A DNA stretch of 64,000 nucleotides, from positions 1 to 64,000 of IMG/VR virus record IMGVR_UViG_3300030329_006583; one strand, written 5' to 3'. The notes beneath the pieces are model-generated. The model was not told where the DNA came from. It saw nothing but the letters and a program-made list of their open reading frames with translations, and ran no database searches. The translations under genes were made by a program, and so were the position numbers. Position 1 is the stretch's first letter, and the number at the start of each line of letters is the position of its first letter. Positions 29,265 to 38,499 of this stretch are shown piece by piece.

Positions 29265-32200
29265 TTACTCAAAACTTACGCCAGTTGCAGTGATAATAAA
29301 GTCAACCGCAATAAACTCCACGGTCCTAGTTGGAACCAGGACAATTCGACCATTTAGGCGATTTCCTTCAATGTCCTCCAAGGTATTGTTGCTATCATCC
29401 ATGACAATTTTAAATTGTTCAATACCTTGCTGTGCCTGAACCAACGCCAACAATGGTGAAGCACCAGCGATAAACCTGCTTCGAGTTGCTTGATTGTTTT
29501 GTTCAAATATCAGGTTACGCGCAACCTTGAAAATCAAACGCTTAACCTCAATTAACATACGCCTTACATTAATTCTATCCAATGCTGTTTGCGCCAATTG
29601 AAGATTTTTTTGACCAAATATTACATATGTATTTGGGCCGCCTCCATTTGGGAACGTCGCAATCGGATTAATTCGCGCATCATATAAAGTATCACGATCT
29701 GCGGCAGAAAGCCTCACATCAACATTGGTCACAAATTCAAGAGAACCTCTGTTGAAGCCGGCGGGGGCAAACCATGGTTTTGCATTTTTGTCATTAAAAC
29801 CAAGTGCACCCAATGCCGCAACTGACGGTGGAACCCTTGTTATAAGGTTGTTAATATTATCCTGTATATGTACATCTGGGAAATAAACGGCGGAATAATT
29901 ATTATCAACATTCCTTAACCCAAATTCAATTGTTGTTCTCTCCACATCAGGCCTGATACCGGGACCGGCAAATACCCGATCTGAGTTTTCATCATATAAA
30001 GGAATATCCATCACATTAAATATCTGCGTATTATCACGCGCTTTATCCGCTACAAAATCTGTAACCAAAGGTGACCTAATTCCTGGAATTGCCAATATGT
30101 TAATATCTGTCACGCGATTGTCGGTCATTATCATCGCAGCCTGTCTATATGCCGCAACTATACTATTATCAATAGATGTCCCAGCAGGATTAACACTTCC
30201 GTTAGGTTGTGTGTTTAATCCAGTGTCAGTCCATGATGTTGATGCATATCCACCCCCGATATTACTGGTGGCACGATCATTCATCAAACCTTGCTCTTTA
30301 TTTAAAATATTAAGGCCATCAAAACCACCATGAAAAATATTGGTAAATTTAGCATAAGTGGTAAACCTATTAAATTCAACCGATGAAGATCCCAAAAGGG
30401 TTGCAAGGCTTATTCTACCTGGGTATGAAGTACTGACACTATCAAATGAAGTGTCCTGTAAAAGTGCCAGCCCAACTGAAGGTTGTTTGTTACGTAAATA
30501 GGCAGCACCTTTCATGTGTGTAGCAGCAGATGCGGTTAATTGTGAAATATGGCCACTTGCATCCAAGCTGTTAGGCAATGCAACGCGGGCGAGTGTAAAT
30601 TTATTGTTATTGAAAACATCCGCTCCAGTGCCGGTAACAAGGGTATCCAATTTTTGGATTCCTATAAATTTAGTGTATGCATCCACAATGCGGTTATAGG
30701 TAGTACCTTCATTTGCACGGAAGATTTCGTTTTCGCCGGCGCCAAAAGTACCTGTTGGGGCAATGCTAGTATTCATCACACCCCAATAAAACCTACTATC
30801 AGTTCTTTCATCGTTACCCGGGCGGCCAATCCAAACCGGTGAGTCTGTGGATACGGCACCACGCGTAACCTTAAAACGATACGGAAGCGGAGGAACAATA
30901 GAACCACTTTGTGACACAAGACTATTGTCCAGAACACCGTTATAACTAGCCCCCCACGCCAGGCGCATATCCCCCGTAAGAGTTGATGCCAAAGGTAATT
31001 CTGAACCTAATTTTCGCCCATCCCTCCTGATTGTCGTTGTGAGGTCATCTGTTAATGAATCTGTTGTTTTAAGCGTTGGAATACCTCTAAAACCAAACGG
31101 GGTGGCCTCTTTTGGAACTTCCCGATTGTATACCTCATCAGCCATTTGTACTCTAATTCGTGAAGATTTATTCGCAAAACGACCCGTAATGACAAGCCTT
31201 CTTTCTTCTTCTGCTTCTGCATCAAAGTTAAATGAAACCTTCTTATCACCAATAACACGACCAATAAATCGATCACTATCGCGATCTAAGTTCACATTGG
31301 GATATTTTTCTAGAATCTTTGGATCTAAATCAGTATCATAAAAATCACGAACCTGGACTTCAAATGACGGATATGGGTAAGATTCATCTACGCTGGCTAC
31401 AATGTTGGCGATAGAAATCTTGAACATTGTGTTACCAACCGCACCATCTGTTAGGGTTTCAAAATGAAATAAATCCCATTCTTTACCAGAAAACGGTTGT
31501 GAAATGAAATTTGTCGTTTTTGGCGTAGTAAATCTAGTGTCAAACCTTCCGAACAAATTCACAAAGGTCTCTGTAGGTAAACCTGAATCCCCCGAAGTAA
31601 ATGCAGAACCTGACATTAATACAACTGAAGGTGATTGTATCGTACCAAAGACGCCAGGAGGATCACCTGTGGGAATTGCTAATTGGGCCACCTCTGTATC
31701 AACCGGAAAATCTACGTACAATAGGTGTTTCTTTTGTTGAAATTTTGACGGTTCTGTATTTAAAATCTTGGATATATAATTATCACTCTGTGGATCGAGG
31801 CTAGCCGTGAATATCTTTAAGCCGGGTAAACCATCTGCCTCACCAAAATCTGCACCATCTGAATTTGATAATATCAACTTAAAACTAAATGCCGGCATGC
31901 TGCCTATTGCACTGTCGTTTGGATTGGCGGACATCGGACCTGGAGTGGAGCCGTAGAAGGTGCGCCATGTAGCGTAATCTGTGCGTGGTGTTAACACCTG
32001 AAACTGGGTGCCCGAGGCTGTCATCAACACTGCCCGAAGCAACCTAACATGATCATCGCCGCCAGCTGTGCCTATGCAACTTTCGTTATCACTAAATATC
32101 GGGAAACCAATTCCCTCCAATGATGCAGAAGCAAATTGTCGGGTACATAAAAATTGGATGTTACCAACCGGCTGGGGCATTGGCTCGCCTACTTTTTGGG

Positions 32201-32546
32201 TGCCTGTTAACACAAACCCAGCGCTATTGCAAATACCTGCCTTCTCAAAATTTTCAATCTGTGCAGTGGTTTTATTAAGCCCGGTACCTAGCACCCTCAT
32301 AAAAGTGCACGCCTGGCGATTTTTCAAAAATTCCCTAACTGCATAAGGACCAAATTTACCAGGTTGCAATGTCCCAAATCGGGTTTGGAAATCTCCAAAA
32401 TCACCTACAGTCACGGGGACAAATGCAGGTCCCATTTCAGCAGTACCAATGACACCCGCGGGAATACCAGAAGGGGAAGTCTGTCGTTGAGACAGATCAA
32501 TTTCCCTATCAAAAAATCCGGGTGAACGAAATGTTTGCTCAGCCAT
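29265..32546 (-). CDS. Tail sheath protein, copy 1 (gp18-like)
   Basis: FRSPGF..REIDL, GPAFVP, WFAPAGFNRG, LYDARINPI, FGQKNL, DRINVRRML, LVPTRTVEFI. Confidence 0.92.
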   Translation of the reverse strand: MAEQTFRSPGFFDREIDLSQRQTSPSGIPAGVIGTAEMGPAFVPVTVGDFGDFQTRFGTLQPGKFGPYAVREFLKNRQACTFMRVLGTGLNKTTAQIENFEKAGICNSAGFVLTGTQKVGEPMPQPVGNIQFLCTRQFASASLEGIGFPIFSDNESCIGTAGGDDHVRLLRAVLMTASGTQFQVLTPRTDYATWRTFYGSTPGPMSANPNDSAIGSMPAFSFKLILSNSDGADFGEADGLPGLKIFTASLDPQSDNYISKILNTEPSKFQQKKHLLYVDFPVDTEVAQLAIPTGDPPGVFGTIQSPSVVLMSGSAFTSGDSGLPTETFVNLFGRFDTRFTTPKTTNFISQPFSGKEWDLFHFETLTDGAVGNTMFKISIANIVASVDESYPYPSFEVQVRDFYDTDLDPKILEKYPNVNLDRDSDRFIGRVIGDKKVSFNFDAEAEEERRLVITGRFANKSSRIRVQMADEVYNREVPKEATPFGFRGIPTLKTTDSLTDDLTTTIRRDGRKLGSELPLASTLTGDMRLAWGASYNGVLDNSLVSQSGSIVPPLPYRFKVTRGAVSTDSPVWIGRPGNDERTDSRFYWGVMNTSIAPTGTFGAGENEIFRANEGTTYNRIVDAYTKFIGIQKLDTLVTGTGADVFNNNKFTLARVALPNSLDASGHISQLTASAATHMKGAAYLRNKQPSVGLALLQDTSFDSVSTSYPGRISLATLLGSSSVEFNRFTTYAKFTNIFHGGFDGLNILNKEQGLMNDRATSNIGGGYASTSWTDTGLNTQPNGSVNPAGTSIDNSIVAAYRQAAMIMTDNRVTDINILAIPGIRSPLVTDFVADKARDNTQIFNVMDIPLYDENSDRVFAGPGIRPDVERTTIEFGLRNVDNNYSAVYFPDVHIQDNINNLITRVPPSVAALGALGFNDKNAKPWFAPAGFNRGSLEFVTNVDVRLSAADRDTLYDARINPIATFPNGGGPNTYVIFGQKNLQLAQTALDRINVRRMLIEVKRLIFKVARNLIFEQNNQATRSRFIAGASPLLALVQAQQGIEQFKIVMDDSNNTLEDIEGNRLNGRIVLVPTRTVEFIAVDFIITATGVSFE

Positions 32547-32578
32547 GTAGCTCTCCTCTGTTCAAGCTCCTCGAACAA

Positions 32579-32585
32579 TAAATAT
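32579..32585 (-). promoter_or_regulatory. Candidate late-promoter motif ATATTTA (sheath)
   Basis: 32 nt before the ATG. Confidence 0.5.
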
Positions 32586-32640
32586 TAGGTGTACTTTCAA
32601 ATATACCTTTACAGCGCATGAATAATTTAAAGCGCCTCTA

Positions 32641-33966
32641 TCACACATCCATCTGCGGTAAAACTTCTACATCTGTAATTACTTCACCGGTGGATAAATC
32701 TTTATAAGTTGTCTCGCCTTGGTTTGTCGTAACATTACTCTCGAGGGGCACATCAAATTTTTTGCCAGTTAAGGGATTTTCACCCAAAGTCTGGGATTTA
32801 AATTTTAAACTACCGGCTTTGGCACCACCAAGATTAACATCCAATTTTGGTGAAATTTGATTGTTTTCATTTTCACCATCCACTAAAACTGCAGCTGTTC
32901 CATCTTTACCAACCAACTCAGATGCAACAAATCCGTCCCCTACGCCCTCTAAATCTTGTAATACATATTTTGCAGGATCACCAGAAGGCAATCCTGCCTG
33001 ATTAACAGCTATCATATCACCCTTGGGTTGTAAGGTGTCAAATATAATTTCAGTAGCAGTCGTAAAAGATCTTAAGGCATTAGGGGCCCCGGGAAATGAA
33101 GGATTAACAATATATGCCGGGACGTCAATTGTAAAAGTATACCTGATTATTCTTTCACTATCTGCAAAGTCATCAAAATTACTATTTGATTCTAACCCAC
33201 TGGCAACATATGCCACAAACCAATAACCTTTTGATGTTTCCAACCGAAATGTTCTTTGATGCATATTTTGATATGCTGACATCATTGCCGTTAAGAGATC
33301 ATTCATTTGTTGGGTATATTGTGACCACAATGTCACTTCATAACGTGCATTATAATATTTAACAGGGGGTACAGTGATTACCTCATAGATGTTATTGCCA
33401 TCCAACTGTGATGTTAGCAGCTTTCCCTGCTGCACCTCTAAGGTCGGTTGGGGTTGTGAACGTCGACTGGCTATTTTACCTGCTTTTGCACGGGTATCAT
33501 TTGGGGAATTAGAAAAATGTTTAGGGCTAGCTGCGCTATCCTGATTTTGAAGGCCCGCTTTATTCACCAATCGCTGATAAACTGCATCACTTTTGTCTAG
33601 GCGTTTTTTTATCACCAATGGCGCTGTTTGACCTGGGCCTGTGCCCTTTTCCACCACTTGATCTATACCTGTTCTCATTATTGACACCAAGGGAAGAATT
33701 AAAGTACCCCCTTTGTCACGTAATGGTTTTCTACGACGTAGGATAGCAAATCTCTCACCGGTGGCAAATATTACCGGTACCCTCCTTGAATCCTTTTTTA
33801 TACGATAAAAAAACGGAATTTCTTCATTAAACAAATTAAAAATAGCCCTATCAACATCCTCAATGGAACATGAAGGAATGGAAAAATCATCTGGAATGTT
33901 TGTTCCTTCATACCCTTGATCTAGCATATTAGAATCGGTTTCTGTTTTAGAAAACCTAGTTGACAT
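32641..33966 (-). CDS. Tail terminator / sheath stabiliser (T4 gp15-like)
   Basis: SIEDVDRAI, VPVIFATGERF, LILPLVSIMR, YEVTLWSQYTQQMN, ERIIRYTFTIDVPAY; between neck and sheath genes. Confidence 0.7.
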   Translation of the reverse strand: MSTRFSKTETDSNMLDQGYEGTNIPDDFSIPSCSIEDVDRAIFNLFNEEIPFFYRIKKDSRRVPVIFATGERFAILRRRKPLRDKGGTLILPLVSIMRTGIDQVVEKGTGPGQTAPLVIKKRLDKSDAVYQRLVNKAGLQNQDSAASPKHFSNSPNDTRAKAGKIASRRSQPQPTLEVQQGKLLTSQLDGNNIYEVITVPPVKYYNARYEVTLWSQYTQQMNDLLTAMMSAYQNMHQRTFRLETSKGYWFVAYVASGLESNSNFDDFADSERIIRYTFTIDVPAYIVNPSFPGAPNALRSFTTATEIIFDTLQPKGDMIAVNQAGLPSGDPAKYVLQDLEGVGDGFVASELVGKDGTAAVLVDGENENNQISPKLDVNLGGAKAGSLKFKSQTLGENPLTGKKFDVPLESNVTTNQGETTYKDLSTGEVITDVEVLPQMDV

Positions 33967-33979
33967 TTAAAATCCCCTT

Positions 33980-34663
33980 TTAAGAATCAGCATAAAAAGC
34001 CGAATCAATCATCCCTATTTCGTCCTCTGCCCCATCACCACCTTTTGGTGAAACCTCGGCTGGACCTGATATTGGTTTTGTTAATACCCCTTTCTCTTGT
34101 AATGATCTCACATCCCCAGTTGGGCCTTCTGCATTTTCTGCGAATCCACGTTGTTGTACAAATGTTTCTTGAATTGCATCATCATCAGAATAACTTTCAT
34201 CTGTTGGGCCTTCCGGTACCTTATCAATTAATCCTATACGTGCCTGTTTACCTTGCAACATCACCCCGGTAGTGTGTTCAATTTGGCCATATATAGTGCC
34301 TTGCGTAACGACAGATGTTATCTCAAAAAATGTATCACCATAACTAAAAAAATCACCTGCTAATGCGTTTATTTCCTTGTCCAACAAATCCCTACTTTGT
34401 AAATACACCTCTATGCTATAATAGTATTCCATCCCAAATTTGTCAGTGGTTACATCCGAAGGTTCCCAATTAACCCTGGCGTCAATTTCGATAGGGGGAT
34501 CAAAAACCTTGTTGACAGCTTCTTCATATACGTCGTGAATTTCAGACAGATCTTCTCTAACGTGATAATAATATATTTTTTGTCCAATGATATCTTTGAC
34601 AATCTCTTTATTAATGTCAGCAATAAAATCAATTTCCCGCGGAGTAATAAATAATCTAGCCAT
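33980..34663 (-). CDS. Neck / head-completion protein (T4 gp14-like)
   Basis: LFITPREIDF, IGQKIYYY, DVYEEA, GDFFSYGDTFFEI; position after gp13-like gene. Confidence 0.7.
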   Translation of the reverse strand: MARLFITPREIDFIADINKEIVKDIIGQKIYYYHVREDLSEIHDVYEEAVNKVFDPPIEIDARVNWEPSDVTTDKFGMEYYYSIEVYLQSRDLLDKEINALAGDFFSYGDTFFEITSVVTQGTIYGQIEHTTGVMLQGKQARIGLIDKVPEGPTDESYSDDDAIQETFVQQRGFAENAEGPTGDVRSLQEKGVLTKPISGPAEVSPKGGDGAEDEIGMIDSAFYADS

Positions 34664-34672
34664 TTTTTACCC

Positions 34673-35869
34673 CTAACCCATAATAATTGCTTTGCCATTA
34701 GGAACTGGAATGTTTCTTAAAATACGCTGTAAATTATCTGCTTCATTTGCCTCCGCTTCTATCATTTTACCATATGTCATGCTATCTAGCATTTCCTTCA
34801 ATTCAGTGCGTAAATTTGTTTTTTCTTCCTGACCTTGTGTAACCAATTCAGTCCCATTTAAATCCAGGGTGGAATCGGCAATAGGGACACTGGAAAATTT
34901 GGAACGAATATATCCTAACAATTCTTTGCATGAAGCCAAACAATATTGCCTAATCCATTGGCGCCCAATACTATTGATTCGCTGAAATTGCAGATTGCCA
35001 AATGGTATATTGGAAAGATTTGATACCCCATATATTGAATCATCCTGATATGCAGGTTTAAATGGATCTGGACTAAATGCAACATTTATCCACAATTTCC
35101 TAGGATTGTCTTGCGTTGGTTGTGGATATATTCTTATTTTGGTACCAATAATCCTGTATGAATAATTAGAGCGCCTTACCCGACTAGACAAATCAAGCTG
35201 CCCAGCACGAAGCACATCTTCAAACACTGGCAAAACGTAAAATACTGTTTCTGGGGTGAATGATTCAAAAGAAAATTCATTATTTAAGTAATTAATTGCA
35301 CTAGTGGTATCAAAAAACCTATATGCAGCCTGAGGGCTGAAATGAAACACCTCCATTATCTTAAGCCTAGATTTAGGGGTGTTGGCATCATTATCAAAAA
35401 TAAGGTTGCCCTCTGTGTCTTTTAAATCTTGGTATATATCATAATCCTGTTTCTTTTTTTGTAGTTGGATAGATCCTGACATAAAATTATAAGATCCACC
35501 CATACCACCGTCCATGGCATAAGGCTCTGCCTGACGAAGGGGAAACTCATTGTTTTCCCTAGGTAACATTTGTTCAAATCCATTAGGACCTATATCAAAC
35601 GAACCGGAAAGTGAGCTACCGGTAGGAAATCCCATCAAATTCATTAATTGGGATTGTGCCTGATATTGATTAACTATGGAACCATATTCCATCAGCGACT
35701 CTTCAAGACAGGCCCATATTTGTTTTTTTGTAAGTTCAACACTAAGAATATCATCGCCTAATTTACGTTTCACAAACGTAACCATGGAATCCGCCTCGGA
35801 AATAAAGGCACTATCCGAATTAAACAAGCCAAAAGGCGTTGGATTAAGTGTTCTTGCAAATGTAGACAT
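34673..35869 (-). CDS. Neck protein (T4 gp13-like head-tail adaptor)
   Basis: VKRKLGDDILSVELT, QWIRQYCLASCKELLGYIRSKF, LNGTELVTQGQEEK. Confidence 0.8.
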   Translation of the reverse strand: MSTFARTLNPTPFGLFNSDSAFISEADSMVTFVKRKLGDDILSVELTKKQIWACLEESLMEYGSIVNQYQAQSQLMNLMGFPTGSSLSGSFDIGPNGFEQMLPRENNEFPLRQAEPYAMDGGMGGSYNFMSGSIQLQKKKQDYDIYQDLKDTEGNLIFDNDANTPKSRLKIMEVFHFSPQAAYRFFDTTSAINYLNNEFSFESFTPETVFYVLPVFEDVLRAGQLDLSSRVRRSNYSYRIIGTKIRIYPQPTQDNPRKLWINVAFSPDPFKPAYQDDSIYGVSNLSNIPFGNLQFQRINSIGRQWIRQYCLASCKELLGYIRSKFSSVPIADSTLDLNGTELVTQGQEEKTNLRTELKEMLDSMTYGKMIEAEANEADNLQRILRNIPVPNGKAIIMG

Positions 35870-35895
35870 GAAAATCTCCAGTCATCAACCTAAAA

Positions 35896-35902
35896 TAAAT
35901 AT
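35896..35902 (-). promoter_or_regulatory. Candidate late-promoter motif ATATTTA (neck operon)
   Basis: 26 nt before the gp13-like ATG. Confidence 0.5.
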
Positions 35903-35906
35903 TGAA

Positions 35907-36236
35907 TCAACCCATTACTTTCAAGGCCCATGAAAAAAACGCCATCCCAAATTGAACAACGGCAAACACGGTAATGGCCCTAGTTTTAAAAATCTTTAAA
36001 CCTTCAACTTCGCCAATTATTTCTTTTAACTGGGTCGGGGAACATATTTCATCCATGGAGGCCTTCCAATTTCGAAGTTCATCAACACGATCTTCCCTTT
36101 CTCGCATACGGGCAATCTCTTGTTTAAGTTCTTGAACCTCGTCACGAAGGCTCTCAATACCTGAGCCTAAAGTTTCCAATTCTTTTAAAACCAGACGTGA
36201 ATATTCATTCCACCCATTTTGATTACCATTACTCAT
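35907..36236 (-). CDS. Coiled-coil protein with a single C-terminal transmembrane helix
   Basis: Heptad-rich N-terminal ~85 aa, then AITVFAVVQFGMAFFSWALKV; start overlaps the PAS gene stop (ATGAGTAA). Confidence 0.7.
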   Translation of the reverse strand: MSNGNQNGWNEYSRLVLKELETLGSGIESLRDEVQELKQEIARMREREDRVDELRNWKASMDEICSPTQLKEIIGEVEGLKIFKTRAITVFAVVQFGMAFFSWALKVMG

Positions 36237-36792
36237 CTAGCATCCCCCGCTCTTTCAATAATTTCCTTAAACGACTAGCATCCAAGGCATCCTGTAAAGC
36301 TGCCGCTGCACTATGCGTATTACCAGAATTATCAATGATTTCCTTTGCCTTTTGAATATTATGCAACATAATAGAATTAGAAGTAATATCCCACGCTATT
36401 CCTAAAATTCCCGCGATATTATTTTCAACCTTTCTAGGTACTAATTTGCACCAAAAAAGTTTTGTTTCATATTTAACAAAATAAGTTACCACCTCATCAT
36501 TAAATGCTTGTTCATGACGTTTAATAGATTCATCCCTTAATTCCGGGCATTCAAACATCTCCTCCAAGGTGGCCGGCGACTGGCACGTAAATGCATTTCC
36601 ATGTTTCGATAAAACTGTATGATCTTTGCCAATGAACCACATCGTCACAGGTACCGGAAAATTTGAGAAAAAATCTTCAAACATCCTAAAGTCTCGTTTT
36701 AATTGATCATCCCTGTCATTAAGTTGATCACATAACCGACGAAGCTTTTCAATATTTTTATTAGGTTTTGTTTTTTTTGATGAAAGTTCCAT
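36229..36792 (-). CDS. Stand-alone PAS-domain protein
   Basis: Coiled-coil leader, FEDFFSNFPVPVTMW, C-terminal strand NIAGILGIAWDIT (hallmark PAS D-I-T end), then a helical tail. Start revised to ATG 36792 because the longer ORF runs into a terminator. Confidence 0.75.
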   Translation of the reverse strand: MELSSKKTKPNKNIEKLRRLCDQLNDRDDQLKRDFRMFEDFFSNFPVPVTMWFIGKDHTVLSKHGNAFTCQSPATLEEMFECPELRDESIKRHEQAFNDEVVTYFVKYETKLFWCKLVPRKVENNIAGILGIAWDITSNSIMLHNIQKAKEIIDNSGNTHSAAAALQDALDASRLRKLLKERGMLDE

Positions 36793-36797
36793 GAAGA

Positions 36798-36804
36798 TAA
36801 ATAT
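36798..36804 (-). promoter_or_regulatory. Candidate late-promoter motif ATATTTA (PAS gene), only 5 nt before ATG
   Basis: ATATTTA-TCTTC-ATG with no SD; suggests a leaderless transcript. Confidence 0.45.
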
Positions 36805-36817
36805 GGAACTCAAAACG

Positions 36818-36853
36818 AAAAAAAAGTGCGGTGGTAAAAAATTACCACCGCAC
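36818..36853 (-). terminator. Rho-independent terminator after the paralog triplet
   Basis: Perfect 12-bp stem GTGCGGTGGTAA/TTACCACCGCAC, 4-nt loop, 8 U. Confidence 0.9.
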
Positions 36854-36869
36854 ATTATTAACTTGAATG

Positions 36870-37358
36870 TTAAACGGCTAAAATTGCATTGGCATTGGTA
36901 GATTGAGAAGTGACAATATAATTTGTACCATCACTATATAATGTTGCCATATCACCGGCAACACTTGGTGCAGAAACATCAAACCTAAGGGTTTGATTCC
37001 CTGTTAGGCCGTCGGAATTAGCTCCCCCAACAATATTAATTGTAATAAAATTATTGGTAGTTGTTGTTTCTTCAACATCTAAATCATTGCCCGGTACAGC
37101 GGTAAGCATGATCGAACAATGAAAACCAGGAACTGCACTAGCCAGGGGCAATTTTATTTTCTGCGAAGCTGCATTACCTGAAACGCTGACAATACAACCA
37201 CTATCTCCAGCACCTAAGGTTAAATCACCACTAGTGGCGGTATGACTAAAAACCTTTGCGGTTCCCCCTTTCACAACAGTGTTACCGAAGTCGATACCGG
37301 TTCCTGCTTGTGTATACAAACCCTTTTTAGACGAATATTTTACTTTTACATTTGGCAT
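36870..37358 (-). CDS. Putative capsid decoration / head-fibre protein, paralog 3
   Basis: MPNVKVKYSSKKGLYTQAGTGIDFG; LGAGDSG...KLPLA...GDMATLYSDGTNY; GGAG SD. Confidence 0.6.
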   Translation of the reverse strand: MPNVKVKYSSKKGLYTQAGTGIDFGNTVVKGGTAKVFSHTATSGDLTLGAGDSGCIVSVSGNAASQKIKLPLASAVPGFHCSIMLTAVPGNDLDVEETTTTNNFITINIVGGANSDGLTGNQTLRFDVSAPSVAGDMATLYSDGTNYIVTSQSTNANAILAV

Positions 37359-37371
37359 TTTTTATCTCCTG

Positions 37372-37851
37372 TTAAGCTGCTGTAATATTAGAGCCAGCAC
37401 TTGAACCGGCTTGGACATAGTAAAGTGTTCCATCGCAGAAAATCCTGGCTCTATCACCAGCCACCGCTGCGGCTGTGGCAAATGTAAGTGTCGTACCTGA
37501 ATCTGACGCCTCTGTCGCTGCACCACCATCTATACAGATCACTTTAAAGGTACCACCGGTAAATGTTACATTACCGCCCGGGGTGTCCGCTGCATAACAT
37601 ACGTCACAATACCATCCTGCACCTGCTGTTGTTGCGGATGGTAAAACACAAGCGACGCCGCCTGTTGAACTGGCTATAGAAATAATTATTCCTGAATCTC
37701 CTGCGCCGAATGTAATACCGCTAGCGGCATCTGCAGTCGTAATTGAGCGCACTGGTCTCAACATACCGCTCATACTATTACCCCCAAATTCAATCCCACT
37801 ACCTGCTTCTTGATAAAGGCCTTTTGACGCGCTATATTTTACTTTTGGCAT
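37372..37851 (-). CDS. Putative capsid decoration / head-fibre protein, paralog 2
   Basis: MPKVKYSASKGLYQEAGSGIEFGG; FGAGDSG...VLPSA...AGWYCD...GDRARIFCDGTLYYV; GAGGAG SD. Confidence 0.6.
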   Translation of the reverse strand: MPKVKYSASKGLYQEAGSGIEFGGNSMSGMLRPVRSITTADAASGITFGAGDSGIIISIASSTGGVACVLPSATTAGAGWYCDVCYAADTPGGNVTFTGGTFKVICIDGGAATEASDSGTTLTFATAAAVAGDRARIFCDGTLYYVQAGSSAGSNITAA

Positions 37852-37900
37852 GATCTTTCTCCTCGTTTTTATATTTTAGTTTTGGCATTTCAAATTACCA

Positions 37901-38386
37901 TTAAGATGCTGTAATAATGCCAGCAGCTGTAGCTGATGCCATCACATAATAAAATGTACCATCACACCAAACGCGTGCCATATCACCAGCAGTACCACCA
38001 CCTGCCATTGAGAGAGTGGTGCCAGAATCTGGGGCATTTGTGGATGTGCCACCATCAACTTGTATCACTTTAAACGTTGACGCAGGACTAGTGGTTGCAA
38101 TCACATTACCACCCAATGAAGTAGCTGCGTAACATATATCACAATGCCACCCTGCACCCGCTGTTTCTGCGGATGGCAAAACAATGGCAACATTTCCCGC
38201 AGCACTAACCAATGACACAATAATCCCACTATCGGCGGCACTAAGTGTGACACCGGCTGAAGAATCTGCAGATGTAATTGAACGAACAGCCTTCAATCCA
38301 CCGGACATATTGTTCCCGCCTAATTCAATACCGCTACCTGATTCTTGATAAAGGCCTCGCGAGGGTTTATATTTTAATTTTGGCAT
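37901..38386 (-). CDS. Putative capsid decoration / head-fibre protein, paralog 1
   Basis: MPKLKYKPSRGLYQESGSGIELGG; LSAADSG...VLPSA...AGWHCD...GDMARVWCDGTFYYV; start revised to 38386 (AAGGAG SD); directly downstream of MCP. Confidence 0.6.
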   Translation of the reverse strand: MPKLKYKPSRGLYQESGSGIELGGNNMSGGLKAVRSITSADSSAGVTLSAADSGIIVSLVSAAGNVAIVLPSAETAGAGWHCDICYAATSLGGNVIATTSPASTFKVIQVDGGTSTNAPDSGTTLSMAGGGTAGDMARVWCDGTFYYVMASATAAGIITAS

Positions 38387-38499
38387 AATCTTTCTCCTTG
38401 CTCCCAATGATTCCGGTTTCTCGTGGGTGTCGAGCGATTATATTAAACCGGGCCTGCGTATAATTAGTTAACCCAACCAGGGACTTACCTTCAAATAAT

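Noticed and set aside
32590-32640. GCGC...GCGC hairpin after the gp15-like gene as a terminator
   Set aside because: Only a 4-bp stem with a long loop and no U-tract.
11666-33966. Extracellular contractile injection system or tailocin locus, suggested by the two sheath genes
   Set aside because: Terminase, portal, protease, scaffold, capsid and a full replication set are contiguous with the tail genes, so this is a phage.
36793-36855. N-terminal extension MCGGNFLPPHFFF... of the PAS ORF
   Set aside because: It is the terminator hairpin and U-tract read in frame. Similar over-extensions were trimmed at 8570, 8919, 38407, 43200 and 54083.
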